Shown: positions 37,101 to 45,136, counted from the first letter of the stretch. The stretch is DNA of 64,000 bases from Pseudomonadota bacterium (GCA_003353845.1 PIVT01000001.1:45760-109759), one strand, 5' to 3'. Numbers and translations: made by a program. The notes: generated by a model from the letters alone, not told the origin.

Positions 37101-39730
37101 CCGACGACGAACTCATCGAATGTTTGGAGATCGAGGGCCTGGGAATTGTGATTGGTAGCTTGGCGTCGAAAAACACGCTGACCGAGGTCCTGGCGCGGGT
37201 GATCTCGGGTGCCAGAGCGCTCTCCGCACCGGCTGGCATCGCAGTGGAAGTATTGGTTCCCCTGGATGTGAACGAAGAGATCATGGCCATTCGGGAAGTG
37301 ATGAAATCCACACTGGCCGATTGCGATCTCGACGCACGGTTTACCTTGAGCTGTTTGTTGCCGAATGAAGATCAGCACTTTACGTGGGAGCGCGACGGGA
37401 CGGACTTGTGCGAGGTGGAGTTGTACGGCTTGCACCCGGAAACGGCATTGCGCGTCGACCTCAACCGCCATGCGAACTTTGAACTCGAGCGCCTGCCGGG
37501 CCCCGATGGGGTGTATTGTTTCTTTGGCTCTGCCAAGGAAGTGCCTGAAGATAGGCGCATGTTTGTCCTCGCCGACGTGCGAGGCTACACGCCCAGCGAA
37601 GGACCTCCCCAAGCGGCTCTATTGTTGGCGAGTTTTGAGAAAGCCTTTTTTGAGGCCACGCGTGCCTTGCGCACGAATATTGGCTTGTGCGATCCGCGAC
37701 GACAGATGAAGTGGAACCGCATTTCCCTTTTCGTTTCCCAAGACATCGTGCTCGATAACGAGATCGTTGATCGGTTGGCCAAGCGACTCACGCCCGCCAC
37801 GCGCAATCTCGGGCTGGAAAAAGTCATCGTGCGACTCGGGTCCTTGCTCGATGGCGGTGACCTCAGTGCGCCCCCGCGGCAGATGGAAGTTCAGTTTGCC
37901 GACCCGACGGGAAGTCAGTTGGAAGTATCCTGGAGGCCTTTACACACTGATCCCTTAGAGCCGGCGGCCGCTTATGAGCGCAAGGTCGTGGCGGCTCGCA
38001 GCCGAGGGCTGATTTATCCCTACGAGATTATTCGTATGCTGACCAGTGCGGTCTCGGGTCAAGACGAAGTGGCGATGGATCTTACGGAAGGCGATGAATC
38101 AGCCTTGCGTGGGGGAACCTTCGAAGAATACGAATTGGATGCAAAGGCAGATACGCCCACGGCGATTTCCGTCAGCGGTCGTCCCTATGGCGGGAATTCC
38201 AGCTCCATCGTTTTCGGAGTGATCTCTTCGCCCACGGAAACCATTCCAGAGGGAATGGTACGCGTCATCATTCTTTCGGATCCCACCAAGGGAATGGGAA
38301 GTCTGGCGGCTCCGGAATGTGACCGCATTTTGGCGGCCATTGATTTGGCCGAAAAGATGCAGGTTCCCGTGGAATGGGTTCCGCTCTCCAGTGGCGCGCG
38401 CATTGCCATGGACAGCGGCACCGAAAACCTGGATGCCACAGCCCGCATCGTGAAGCGCATTGTCACCTTTACCCAGACTGGCGGCCTCATTCACCTCGTG
38501 GTTCAAGGCGTCAACGTCGGTGCACAAAGTTACTGGGATGCACTGAGTACCATGTTGATGCACACCAAGGGTGTGCTGATCATGACGCCTGGCGCTTCCA
38601 TGGTGCTCACGGGTCGGGCGGCCTTGGCGGCTTCGGGTTCGGTGTCGGCTGAAGATGAAGCGGCCATCGGTGGCTATGAGCGGATCATGGGCCCCAATGG
38701 GCAAGCGCAGTATTACGCGGAAAATCTGGGTGATGCCTTCCGCATTTTGTACGACTACTACCGATTTAGTTACGTCGTTCCCGGTGAAGATCGTCCACGT
38801 GATCGCGTGAGCGAAGACGCCGTCGATCGCTCCGTTACGGATTACCCTTATGAAGTGGAAGGGCACGATTTTACCACGGTGGGCCAGGTCTTCGACGATG
38901 AAACCAACCCGGGTCGCAAGAAGCCCTTTGCCATGCGCCCGATCATGCGTGCTGTCATCGATTCCGACAGCAGCTTCTTGGAACGCTGGAATGCCCTGGT
39001 CGGTGGGGAGACCGCCATTGTTTGGGATGGATACATGGGTGGCCACCCTCTTTGTATGATTGGCATCGAGAGTCAAAACGTCGCGCGTTGGGGATATCGG
39101 CCCAGCGATGGGCCCTCGGAATGGAACGGTGGCACCTTGTTCCCATTATCGTCCAAGAAAGTGGCGCGAGCACTGAACTCCGCCAGCGGAAATCGTCCGG
39201 TGGTGATCTTGGCCAACCTGTCGGGCTTCGATGGCTCGCCAGAGTCCATGCGCAAGCTGCAACTGGAGTACGGCGCGGAGATCGCGCGGGCCACGGTGAA
39301 CTTCGAAGGTCCCTTGCTCTTCTTGGTGGTTTCTCGATATCACGGCGGTGCCTATGTCGTGTTCTCTCACGAACTCAATCCGAGCTTGCGGGCGACGGCC
39401 TTGGAAGGGTCGTATGCCTCAGTGATTGGCGGCGGTCCCGCGGCCTCGGTGGTCTTTCCGCGTGAAGTTCGGACCCGCACCTCAGCCGATCCACGGGTGC
39501 GCAAACTACAAGAACAGCTGCGCTTCACCTTGCACGCCGGGGAGCGGGCTGAAATTGAACGCGTGCGCCAAGAAGTTTTTCTCGAAAAGCAAGCCGAGGT
39601 TGCGGCGGAGTTTGACTCGATTCACACGGTGGAACGCGCGCTCCAAGAGGGCTCCATCGAGGCCATTATCTCGCCGGAGACGATTCGTCCCTTCCTGATT
39701 GATCAAATTGAAAAAGGCCTGAAGTCTTAA
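34124..39730 (+). CDS. single-chain multidomain acyl-CoA carboxylase (BC - BCCP - central region - carboxyltransferase)
   Basis: 1868 aa with a GTG start overlapping the upstream stop. Biotin carboxylase motifs are GYPLVVKASAGGGGRGIRMV and EMNPRLQVEHGITE. The biotinylation motif is LEAMKMEI (Lys622). Carboxyltransferase blocks are IILSDPTKGMGSLAAPE, SSGARIAMDSG and VILANLSGFDGSPESMRKLQLEYGAEI. Confidence 0.85.
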   Translation: MSKIKPIRRVAIVNRGEAAMRCIRAVKALAALEGSDLVAVALYTDVDRDAPFVRHADVVHHLPREGSAVSSYLNHDLLIRALHEVKADAVWPGWGFVAEDAVFADRVEEEGMIFLGPSGDTMRKLGDKIASKKLAESAKVPVTAWSGAEVESAEDAIKHGEQIGYPLVVKASAGGGGRGIRMVDTPEELPAAFESAASEALNAFGDGRLFMEGKVTGGRHIEVQIAADKHGQVVAVGCRDCSVQRRHQKVLEEAPPMGLSTDTLENLKTSSVRLAASVGYSGVGTVEFLVKEPEIFFLEMNPRLQVEHGITEAITGADLVQEQIRIGRGERLLKTEYTEQGVAIEARVCAEDPDAGFLPAPGRIACFDPALGPRIRIDTGVVAGSRVPADFDSLIAKVIATGSTREEARALLSCALNDFDLVIEGGATNKGYILELLESEDYRRGGVDTLWLDRWSADRTEVRPFAGEALVVASLLAYRQVRNLALINFYSDTAGATPASAPASVGQEMDLNYCGEQYRLDVFAMGARRYRVHLDGTVVSATLYEEGLNAARLKIRDQILRIVYDVTDTDIRVEVENCAHRFGRQTAGRVCAGTPSSVVAVHSKPGDEVQAGQSLGLLEAMKMEIGFDAPVSGIVTEVHVQKGQQVAAGDVLLVIEPASDEDAVGEKAERLSLPVEQDALAALFALNEDGSLGHPDLLAADRADIQVRRSAIAAVQEEIRRILLGYDANPKRVTALIAFLEAPFPEALSEEFRKELSQIASGISLFSDIEELFIRTPRASVLGSAGPSNNAQLRIFLRRMGEEGEGMPEEFLSLLKRALAHYRVDDFSRMELLQRSMLRLFSSQREPDLRHRLVHGIVRCVIRLAESGIDMAGNQNFEYALTRIASMRGRIDNALADLAIDGRYKVFQEPGIERSAEHSTVALERWLAQAVDIPTTPPSDIVNHLATAQRAVFNRVGSWLVESDPRHRRIALGVALRRYYAPRVATEIEPRLPDDELIECLEIEGLGIVIGSLASKNTLTEVLARVISGARALSAPAGIAVEVLVPLDVNEEIMAIREVMKSTLADCDLDARFTLSCLLPNEDQHFTWERDGTDLCEVELYGLHPETALRVDLNRHANFELERLPGPDGVYCFFGSAKEVPEDRRMFVLADVRGYTPSEGPPQAALLLASFEKAFFEATRALRTNIGLCDPRRQMKWNRISLFVSQDIVLDNEIVDRLAKRLTPATRNLGLEKVIVRLGSLLDGGDLSAPPRQMEVQFADPTGSQLEVSWRPLHTDPLEPAAAYERKVVAARSRGLIYPYEIIRMLTSAVSGQDEVAMDLTEGDESALRGGTFEEYELDAKADTPTAISVSGRPYGGNSSSIVFGVISSPTETIPEGMVRVIILSDPTKGMGSLAAPECDRILAAIDLAEKMQVPVEWVPLSSGARIAMDSGTENLDATARIVKRIVTFTQTGGLIHLVVQGVNVGAQSYWDALSTMLMHTKGVLIMTPGASMVLTGRAALAASGSVSAEDEAAIGGYERIMGPNGQAQYYAENLGDAFRILYDYYRFSYVVPGEDRPRDRVSEDAVDRSVTDYPYEVEGHDFTTVGQVFDDETNPGRKKPFAMRPIMRAVIDSDSSFLERWNALVGGETAIVWDGYMGGHPLCMIGIESQNVARWGYRPSDGPSEWNGGTLFPLSSKKVARALNSASGNRPVVILANLSGFDGSPESMRKLQLEYGAEIARATVNFEGPLLFLVVSRYHGGAYVVFSHELNPSLRATALEGSYASVIGGGPAASVVFPREVRTRTSADPRVRKLQEQLRFTLHAGERAEIERVRQEVFLEKQAEVAAEFDSIHTVERALQEGSIEAIISPETIRPFLIDQIEKGLKS

Positions 39731-40935
39731 GCGGAAGGCCCTTTTGCAACGAGATCCAGCACGGTATCCAGCGCATTCCAAAGATCCTCTTCGGGGATAT
39801 TCAGAGCCGGGAACAGTCGTATGACATTGCCCGCCGTCACATTGACGAGCACACCTTTTTCCAGCGCTGCTTGAGGAAGGGCGGCGGCTTGTTCGGCGTC
39901 ACTCAGCACCAGGCCTTGCAATAGCCCGGCCCCGCGAGTCTCCGTGGCTTGCGTTGGATGTTCAGCAATAAAGGTGTTGAAGCGCTGGGCGATTTTCTCG
40001 CCGAGTTTGGCCGAGCGATCCACGAGCCCCTCTTCTTCGATGACGCGGATGACCGTATTGGCGGCTGCGCAGGTCAGCACGTTGCCCGCATAGGTACCTC
40101 CGTGATCGCCCAGCGATACGGTCGAGGCCACTGCTTCGGTGGTCATAAAGCCCGCGATGGGGACACCCCCGCCCAGTCCCTTGCCCAGGGTCAGCACATC
40201 CGGCGTGACGCCCGAATGCTCGAGGGCAAACATCTTTCCCGTTCGACCCAGACAGGTTTGAATTTCATCGAAGATAAGCAAAGCGCCCTTGCGATGGCAG
40301 ATCTCCCGCAGGGCCTGAAGGTATTCAGCTTGAGCAATGTTCACCCCACCTTCGCCCTGAATGGGTTCGACGATGAAAGCAGCCGTGTTCTCATCAATGG
40401 CAGCTTCAGCCGCTTGAATGTCATTGAGGGGAACGATGCTGGGCGTGGGCAAGAGCGCCTCGAAGGGAGCCCGATGCTTTTCCTGGCCGATGACCTTGAG
40501 TGCCCCCAAGGTGCGTCCGTGAAAGGACAAGTCTGTGGAGACAAACTGACTGCGTCCCGTGGCCCGGTGAACCAGTTTCAATGCACCTTCAACGGCTTCG
40601 GTCCCGGAACTGACAAAGAACGAGCGCGTCAGGGCTTCCGGAGTCAGCCGGTCCAAGCGCTCCATCAGGTCGAGTTGGGGAAGCGTGTAAAACAGATTTG
40701 TCGTCTGTATCAATTGAGCGGCTTGGTTCGAAAGGGTTTCCACCAGGGCCGGGTGGCAGTGGCCAATGGCGTTCACTCCCCAACCAGCCGTCAGGTCGAT
40801 TAACTCGCGACCGTCTTGATCTGTGACACGGGATCCCCGCCCCTGGACGAGAACCACGGGCATGCGCTTGACCACTGGTAGAAAGTGAGCGGCTTCGCGG
40901 GCTTGGGTCTGTGTCAGGGTGGTCTTTTCAGCCAT
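39727..40935 (-). CDS. argD: acetylornithine aminotransferase (class-III PLP aminotransferase)
   Basis: 402 aa. Motifs include GWGVNAIGHCHP, FVSSGTEAVEGALKL, LLIFDEIQTCLGRTGKMFA and the PLP lysine in DVLTLGKGLGGG. Confidence 0.8.
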   Translation of the reverse strand: MAEKTTLTQTQAREAAHFLPVVKRMPVVLVQGRGSRVTDQDGRELIDLTAGWGVNAIGHCHPALVETLSNQAAQLIQTTNLFYTLPQLDLMERLDRLTPEALTRSFFVSSGTEAVEGALKLVHRATGRSQFVSTDLSFHGRTLGALKVIGQEKHRAPFEALLPTPSIVPLNDIQAAEAAIDENTAAFIVEPIQGEGGVNIAQAEYLQALREICHRKGALLIFDEIQTCLGRTGKMFALEHSGVTPDVLTLGKGLGGGVPIAGFMTTEAVASTVSLGDHGGTYAGNVLTCAAANTVIRVIEEEGLVDRSAKLGEKIAQRFNTFIAEHPTQATETRGAGLLQGLVLSDAEQAAALPQAALEKGVLVNVTAGNVIRLFPALNIPEEDLWNALDTVLDLVAKGPSA

Positions 40936-41160
40936 CAGTGGGGTCTCCGAGTAGGTGGACGGGAGAGTTCAGCTTTTGAAGCGCCCCGTCAAGCTTTCCC
41001 CACCCCCGGGCTGGGAAATGAAGGGCGGCTGGAGCCCTAAACCGCCTTGTGCATCGTTGCTAGCCCGCGTCCAGGTCGGTTACCTTAGCTCTTCGCGATT
41101 ATTCGCACCGAATCCAGCAAGTGGGATCGGGACCTCTACCCGGCTTAGTGAGATCAGTAC

Positions 41161-42420
41161 GTGACAGCAGTCTCAGGGGCTAGCGCCCTATCCAACATCG
41201 ATATTGAAAAGTTCCTCCTCGACGCCCTGGCGGAGAAGGAGCTGGACCGAGGAGAACTGTGCCTGCTGGCCGAGCAACTGGGGGATCCGGCCCTGCGCAG
41301 TCGCCTGTTTGAGGTGGCTTCAGAACTCAAGCAGCGTAGCAAGGGCGATGTGGTGACGGTCTCGCGCAATGTCTTCATCCCCCTGACGAACCTGTGTCGC
41401 AATCGCTGTGGTTACTGCACTTTTGCCAAACAACCCGGTTCTCCCGAGGCCAAGACCTATGCGCTGGAGGAAGTGGCCAGCACGGTTCGCTCCGCCCAGC
41501 AGGCGGGTTGTCTCGAAGCCTTGTTTTGCCTGGGTGACAAACCCGAGCGCGCTTACAAGGAGCACCGTGCCTGGTTGGCCGAGCGCGGTTTCGCCTCCAC
41601 TGCGGAATACTTGATTGAAGCCTGCAAACTCACTTTCCGCGCGGGCATGTTCCCCCATTCCAATGCCGGGATTTTGACTCGCTCGGAGATGGAGGCGCTG
41701 CGACCTTGGAACGCCTCCATGGGCTTGATGTTGGAAACCTCCAGCACGCGTCTGCGGGGCAAGGGCATGCCGCATTATTATGCTCCCGACAAAGAACCCT
41801 CTGTGCGATTGCGCATGCATGAGGAAGCGGGGGAACTCAAGATTCCTTTCACGAGTGGACTCTTGCTGGGGATCGGCGAAACCAATGAAGAGCGAGTCGA
41901 TACACTTTTCGCGTTGCGCGACATCGAAGACCGCTACGGACATCTGCAAGAGGTGATTGTTCAGCCCTTCCACCCCAAGTTCGACACGCCCATGGCTGAC
42001 AGTGCCCCGTTGACCGAAGAGATCTTTGCCGCTTGGGTGGCGCTGGCTCGCTTGGTGTTGGGTTCCCACATGAATTTGCAAGCGCCGCCGAATTTGTCCC
42101 CCACGGTGTTGCCCATGCTATTGGCCGCGGGTGTGAATGATTGGGGCGGTGTGTCGCCCGTGAGCCTGGATTACATCAACCCCGAAGCGCCCTGGCCCGC
42201 CTTGCTGGAATTACACAGGCAGACCGAAGCTTCCGGCCAAAAACTTCGGGAGCGCTTGCCCGTCTACCCAGAGTGGATCACCCATCGACCCGAGTATTTC
42301 GAGCCGCAGATGCTAGAGGTGCTCAAAGCCCGGGCGGATGGCGAGGGATATGCTCGGGCCCACACAGTAGAATTGGACCCCCACCCGCAGCAGGGTCGAA
42401 AAAGAGAGGCCGCAGCATGA
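41161..42420 (+). CDS. cofG: FO synthase subunit CofG-like radical SAM enzyme (7,8-didemethyl-8-hydroxy-5-deazariboflavin synthase)
   Basis: 419 aa. SRNVFIPLTNLCRNRCGYCTF is the CofG-type CxxxCxxC context. It is paired with a CofH-like gene by an ATGA overlap. The GTG start is uncertain. The MqnC/MqnE families are the main alternative. Confidence 0.7.
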   Translation: MTAVSGASALSNIDIEKFLLDALAEKELDRGELCLLAEQLGDPALRSRLFEVASELKQRSKGDVVTVSRNVFIPLTNLCRNRCGYCTFAKQPGSPEAKTYALEEVASTVRSAQQAGCLEALFCLGDKPERAYKEHRAWLAERGFASTAEYLIEACKLTFRAGMFPHSNAGILTRSEMEALRPWNASMGLMLETSSTRLRGKGMPHYYAPDKEPSVRLRMHEEAGELKIPFTSGLLLGIGETNEERVDTLFALRDIEDRYGHLQEVIVQPFHPKFDTPMADSAPLTEEIFAAWVALARLVLGSHMNLQAPPNLSPTVLPMLLAAGVNDWGGVSPVSLDYINPEAPWPALLELHRQTEASGQKLRERLPVYPEWITHRPEYFEPQMLEVLKARADGEGYARAHTVELDPHPQQGRKREAAA

Positions 42421-43646
42421 TGATTGAGAAATTGCTCTCCCTGACGAATCCGCGTGTCGCCAATATTCTGGATGCCGCTCTTTCGGATCGAGAAATGACG
42501 CGTGATGAAGCGGCGATCTTACTGGAGGCCACGGGTGTCGAGTTGCACGCGCTCATGGCGGCCGCCGACGAAGCACGTCGCCAGGATTGCGGGGAGGACG
42601 TCAGTTACGTCGTCAATCGCAATATCAATTCCACCAATATTTGCTACGTGGGCTGCAGCTTTTGCGGGTTTGCACGAAATAAACACGACGAGGATGCCTA
42701 CGATCACCCCGTGGAAGCCATGGTCGAGAAGGCCAGGGGAGCCATTGAGCGCGGCGCAACCGAGGTTTGCATTCAGGCGGGTATCCACCCGAACAAAGAT
42801 CATCGGCATTATCACGAAATTCTAGAAGCCATCCACAGCACCTTTCCCGATCTACACATCCACGCCTTTTCACCGGAAGAGCTGGATTGGGGACATCAGA
42901 AAAGTGGCATGCCTCTGAAGGAGTATTTGCTCTGGTTGAAGGACGCAGGGCTGGGCACGATTCCCGGAACAGCGGCAGAAATCCTTGACGACACCCTGCG
43001 CAAGCGAATCTCCCCGCGCAAGTTAATGACCGAGCGTTGGCTGGAGATTGTGCGGGCGGCGCATGGCGTCGGGTTGCGTTCTTCCTCGACGGTGATGTAC
43101 GGGCACCTGGAAACGGTTCCGCAACTGGCGGCGCATTTGGAAACCTTGCGAAATCTGCAAAAGGAAACGGGTGGCTTTACTGAGTTTGTGCCCTTGGGAT
43201 TCATTCACGAAAAAAATCTCTTGTACAAAGAACTCGGTGCACGGGCCGGTTCCAGCATGCTGGAAGATCTGCGCATTATTTCCGTGGGCCGCCTGTTCTT
43301 CCGGCCGGGAATTATCAACGTGCAAACTTCTTGGGTGAAACTGGGGACCAAGCTGGCTCAAATGGCCTTACTGGCCGGAGCCAACGATTTTGGCGGCACG
43401 CTTATGGAAGAATCCATCAGTCGCGAATCGGGTTCACAGCACGGGGAATATCTTTCGGCGGAGGAAATCCGCATGTTGATTCGAGACTTGGGTCGCGTGC
43501 CTGTGGAACGCAACACGACGTATCAGGAATTGCGACGTTTCGATGAAGAGCCCCAGCTGACACCTCTGCAAGGGGGAGAGTCCGATGGAAAAACAGTCGA
43601 GAGGGCGGAGTCGGCTGCAAATCCCCTGCGAGTGCTCGCCAGTTAG
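42417..43646 (+). CDS. cofH: FO synthase subunit CofH-like radical SAM enzyme
   Basis: The start MMIEKLL at 42417 overlaps the cofG stop (ATGA); the ORF track opens at 42141. VSYVVNRNINSTNICYVGCSFCGF is the CofH/Mqn-type cluster motif. Confidence 0.7.
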   Translation: MMIEKLLSLTNPRVANILDAALSDREMTRDEAAILLEATGVELHALMAAADEARRQDCGEDVSYVVNRNINSTNICYVGCSFCGFARNKHDEDAYDHPVEAMVEKARGAIERGATEVCIQAGIHPNKDHRHYHEILEAIHSTFPDLHIHAFSPEELDWGHQKSGMPLKEYLLWLKDAGLGTIPGTAAEILDDTLRKRISPRKLMTERWLEIVRAAHGVGLRSSSTVMYGHLETVPQLAAHLETLRNLQKETGGFTEFVPLGFIHEKNLLYKELGARAGSSMLEDLRIISVGRLFFRPGIINVQTSWVKLGTKLAQMALLAGANDFGGTLMEESISRESGSQHGEYLSAEEIRMLIRDLGRVPVERNTTYQELRRFDEEPQLTPLQGGESDGKTVERAESAANPLRVLAS

Positions 43647-43678
43647 CTCGCCCGTCAACCCGGTTTCAAATCCTGGTT

Positions 43679-45136
43679 TTAAATTTCGTAACTTCGAGAT
43701 TGTAGTTCGCTGGAGCGCTGCACCTTGATCTGTTCGATGCGCGAGGAAATCGCTTCGACCTGATAGCGCAAGGGTGCTCGCTCAAGCATGCGTCGCTCAA
43801 TCACGCGAATCGCATTGCTCACTGAGGGATGTTCCTTATTGAGTGCACGCCCGATTTGCTTGAAGGATGCGTCGGTATAGCGATGGCAAAGGTACATGGC
43901 CAATTGGCGGGGGAGCAGAATCTCTCGCCGTCTGGAACGCGAGGCCAATGTGGCTGGCGCCGTCTTGAAGAACTTGGCCACAATATCGATGATGATTTCA
44001 GGATCGAGTGCCGCTTCGTGGACAGGCGGAGGGGCCACTTTCTTCAGCGCATTTTCAGTGAGTTCCAGGTCAATGGATCGACTGAGGAGTGCAGAACTGG
44101 AAACGAGTTGAATCAACACGCCTTCGAGATCGCGCACACTGCCGCGCAGGGAAGACACCAAGAGTTCAATACAAGCCGGTGGAATGTGCACCCCGCCCCG
44201 AGCCGCGCGGTCGCGCAAAATTTCACGCCGGACGTGGGCATCGGGAGGTTCAATCTCTGCGACGAGGCCCGCAGTCATATGCGAACACAGTCGCGGATCC
44301 AAACTTGTGATATCGCGAGGGAATCGGTCGCTGGTGAACATGACGCGCACGCCGGATTCACGCAGGTGCTCCACGGTATGAAAAAGTTCCATCTGTGTTG
44401 AACTCTTACCCGAGAGGAATTGCACATCTTCGATGACGAGGAGTTCGCAGTTGCGTCGGTAGACCCGCTTGAACTGATCCATTTGTCGGTTGCGGACCGC
44501 CGTGAGGAAATCACCGGTAAAGCCTTCGGCCGATGTGCAGACTACATTGTCGGCGCCGGACTGCAGTGCCTGGGCAGCGACAGATCGGGCGAGATGGGTC
44601 TTGCCCATGCCGGAAGCGGAGCTTAGGAAGAGCGGGCTGACACCGTGCTGCCCACCGACAGCCAAGGCGTAAGAGGCCTCTCGCGCGAGTGCGTTACAGC
44701 CACCCGTCACAAAGGAACTAAAGCTATAGGGAAGTTCGACTTGGGTAGAGCCTGTCGACTGCTTGCCGGTCCAGCGCTTGCCCGGTGTCTTCCAGCCGCC
44801 TTTAGACATGGGTGTGGTTTTCTTTTCCGGCGCTGGTTTCCGTGTCGCCGCCTGCGCGGGTGTGGCGGTCTGGACCAAGGCCAAGGCTGGCGGGTGCTCA
44901 TCCACCACAAGTTCTACATTGATGTCGTTAGCGGCCACCTCAGTGACACAAGAAGTAATCTCTTGCAGGAAGCGGTCGCGCACTCGCCCTTGGTGAAATG
45001 CGTTTGGACAGCACAGTTTCAGGCCTGAGGCTGACTCATCGACCCGCAAGGGTTGCAACCAAGCCTCAAAAGAAAAGGCTGTTGTCCGTTTTTCTAGCAG
45101 GCACAAGGCACCTGTCCAAAGCTCATTCGGCTTCAT
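43679..45136 (-). CDS. dnaA: DnaA-family replication initiator homologue (divergent)
   Basis: 485 aa. Domain I is LWTGALCLLEKRTTAFSFEAWLQPL. AAA+ motifs are Walker A SGMGKTHL, Walker B LLVIEDVQFL and sensor II SVRDLEGVL. The C-terminal HTH is PRQLAMYLCHRYTDASFKQIGRALNKEHPSVSNAIRVI. Confidence 0.85.
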   Translation of the reverse strand: MKPNELWTGALCLLEKRTTAFSFEAWLQPLRVDESASGLKLCCPNAFHQGRVRDRFLQEITSCVTEVAANDINVELVVDEHPPALALVQTATPAQAATRKPAPEKKTTPMSKGGWKTPGKRWTGKQSTGSTQVELPYSFSSFVTGGCNALAREASYALAVGGQHGVSPLFLSSASGMGKTHLARSVAAQALQSGADNVVCTSAEGFTGDFLTAVRNRQMDQFKRVYRRNCELLVIEDVQFLSGKSSTQMELFHTVEHLRESGVRVMFTSDRFPRDITSLDPRLCSHMTAGLVAEIEPPDAHVRREILRDRAARGGVHIPPACIELLVSSLRGSVRDLEGVLIQLVSSSALLSRSIDLELTENALKKVAPPPVHEAALDPEIIIDIVAKFFKTAPATLASRSRRREILLPRQLAMYLCHRYTDASFKQIGRALNKEHPSVSNAIRVIERRMLERAPLRYQVEAISSRIEQIKVQRSSELQSRSYEI

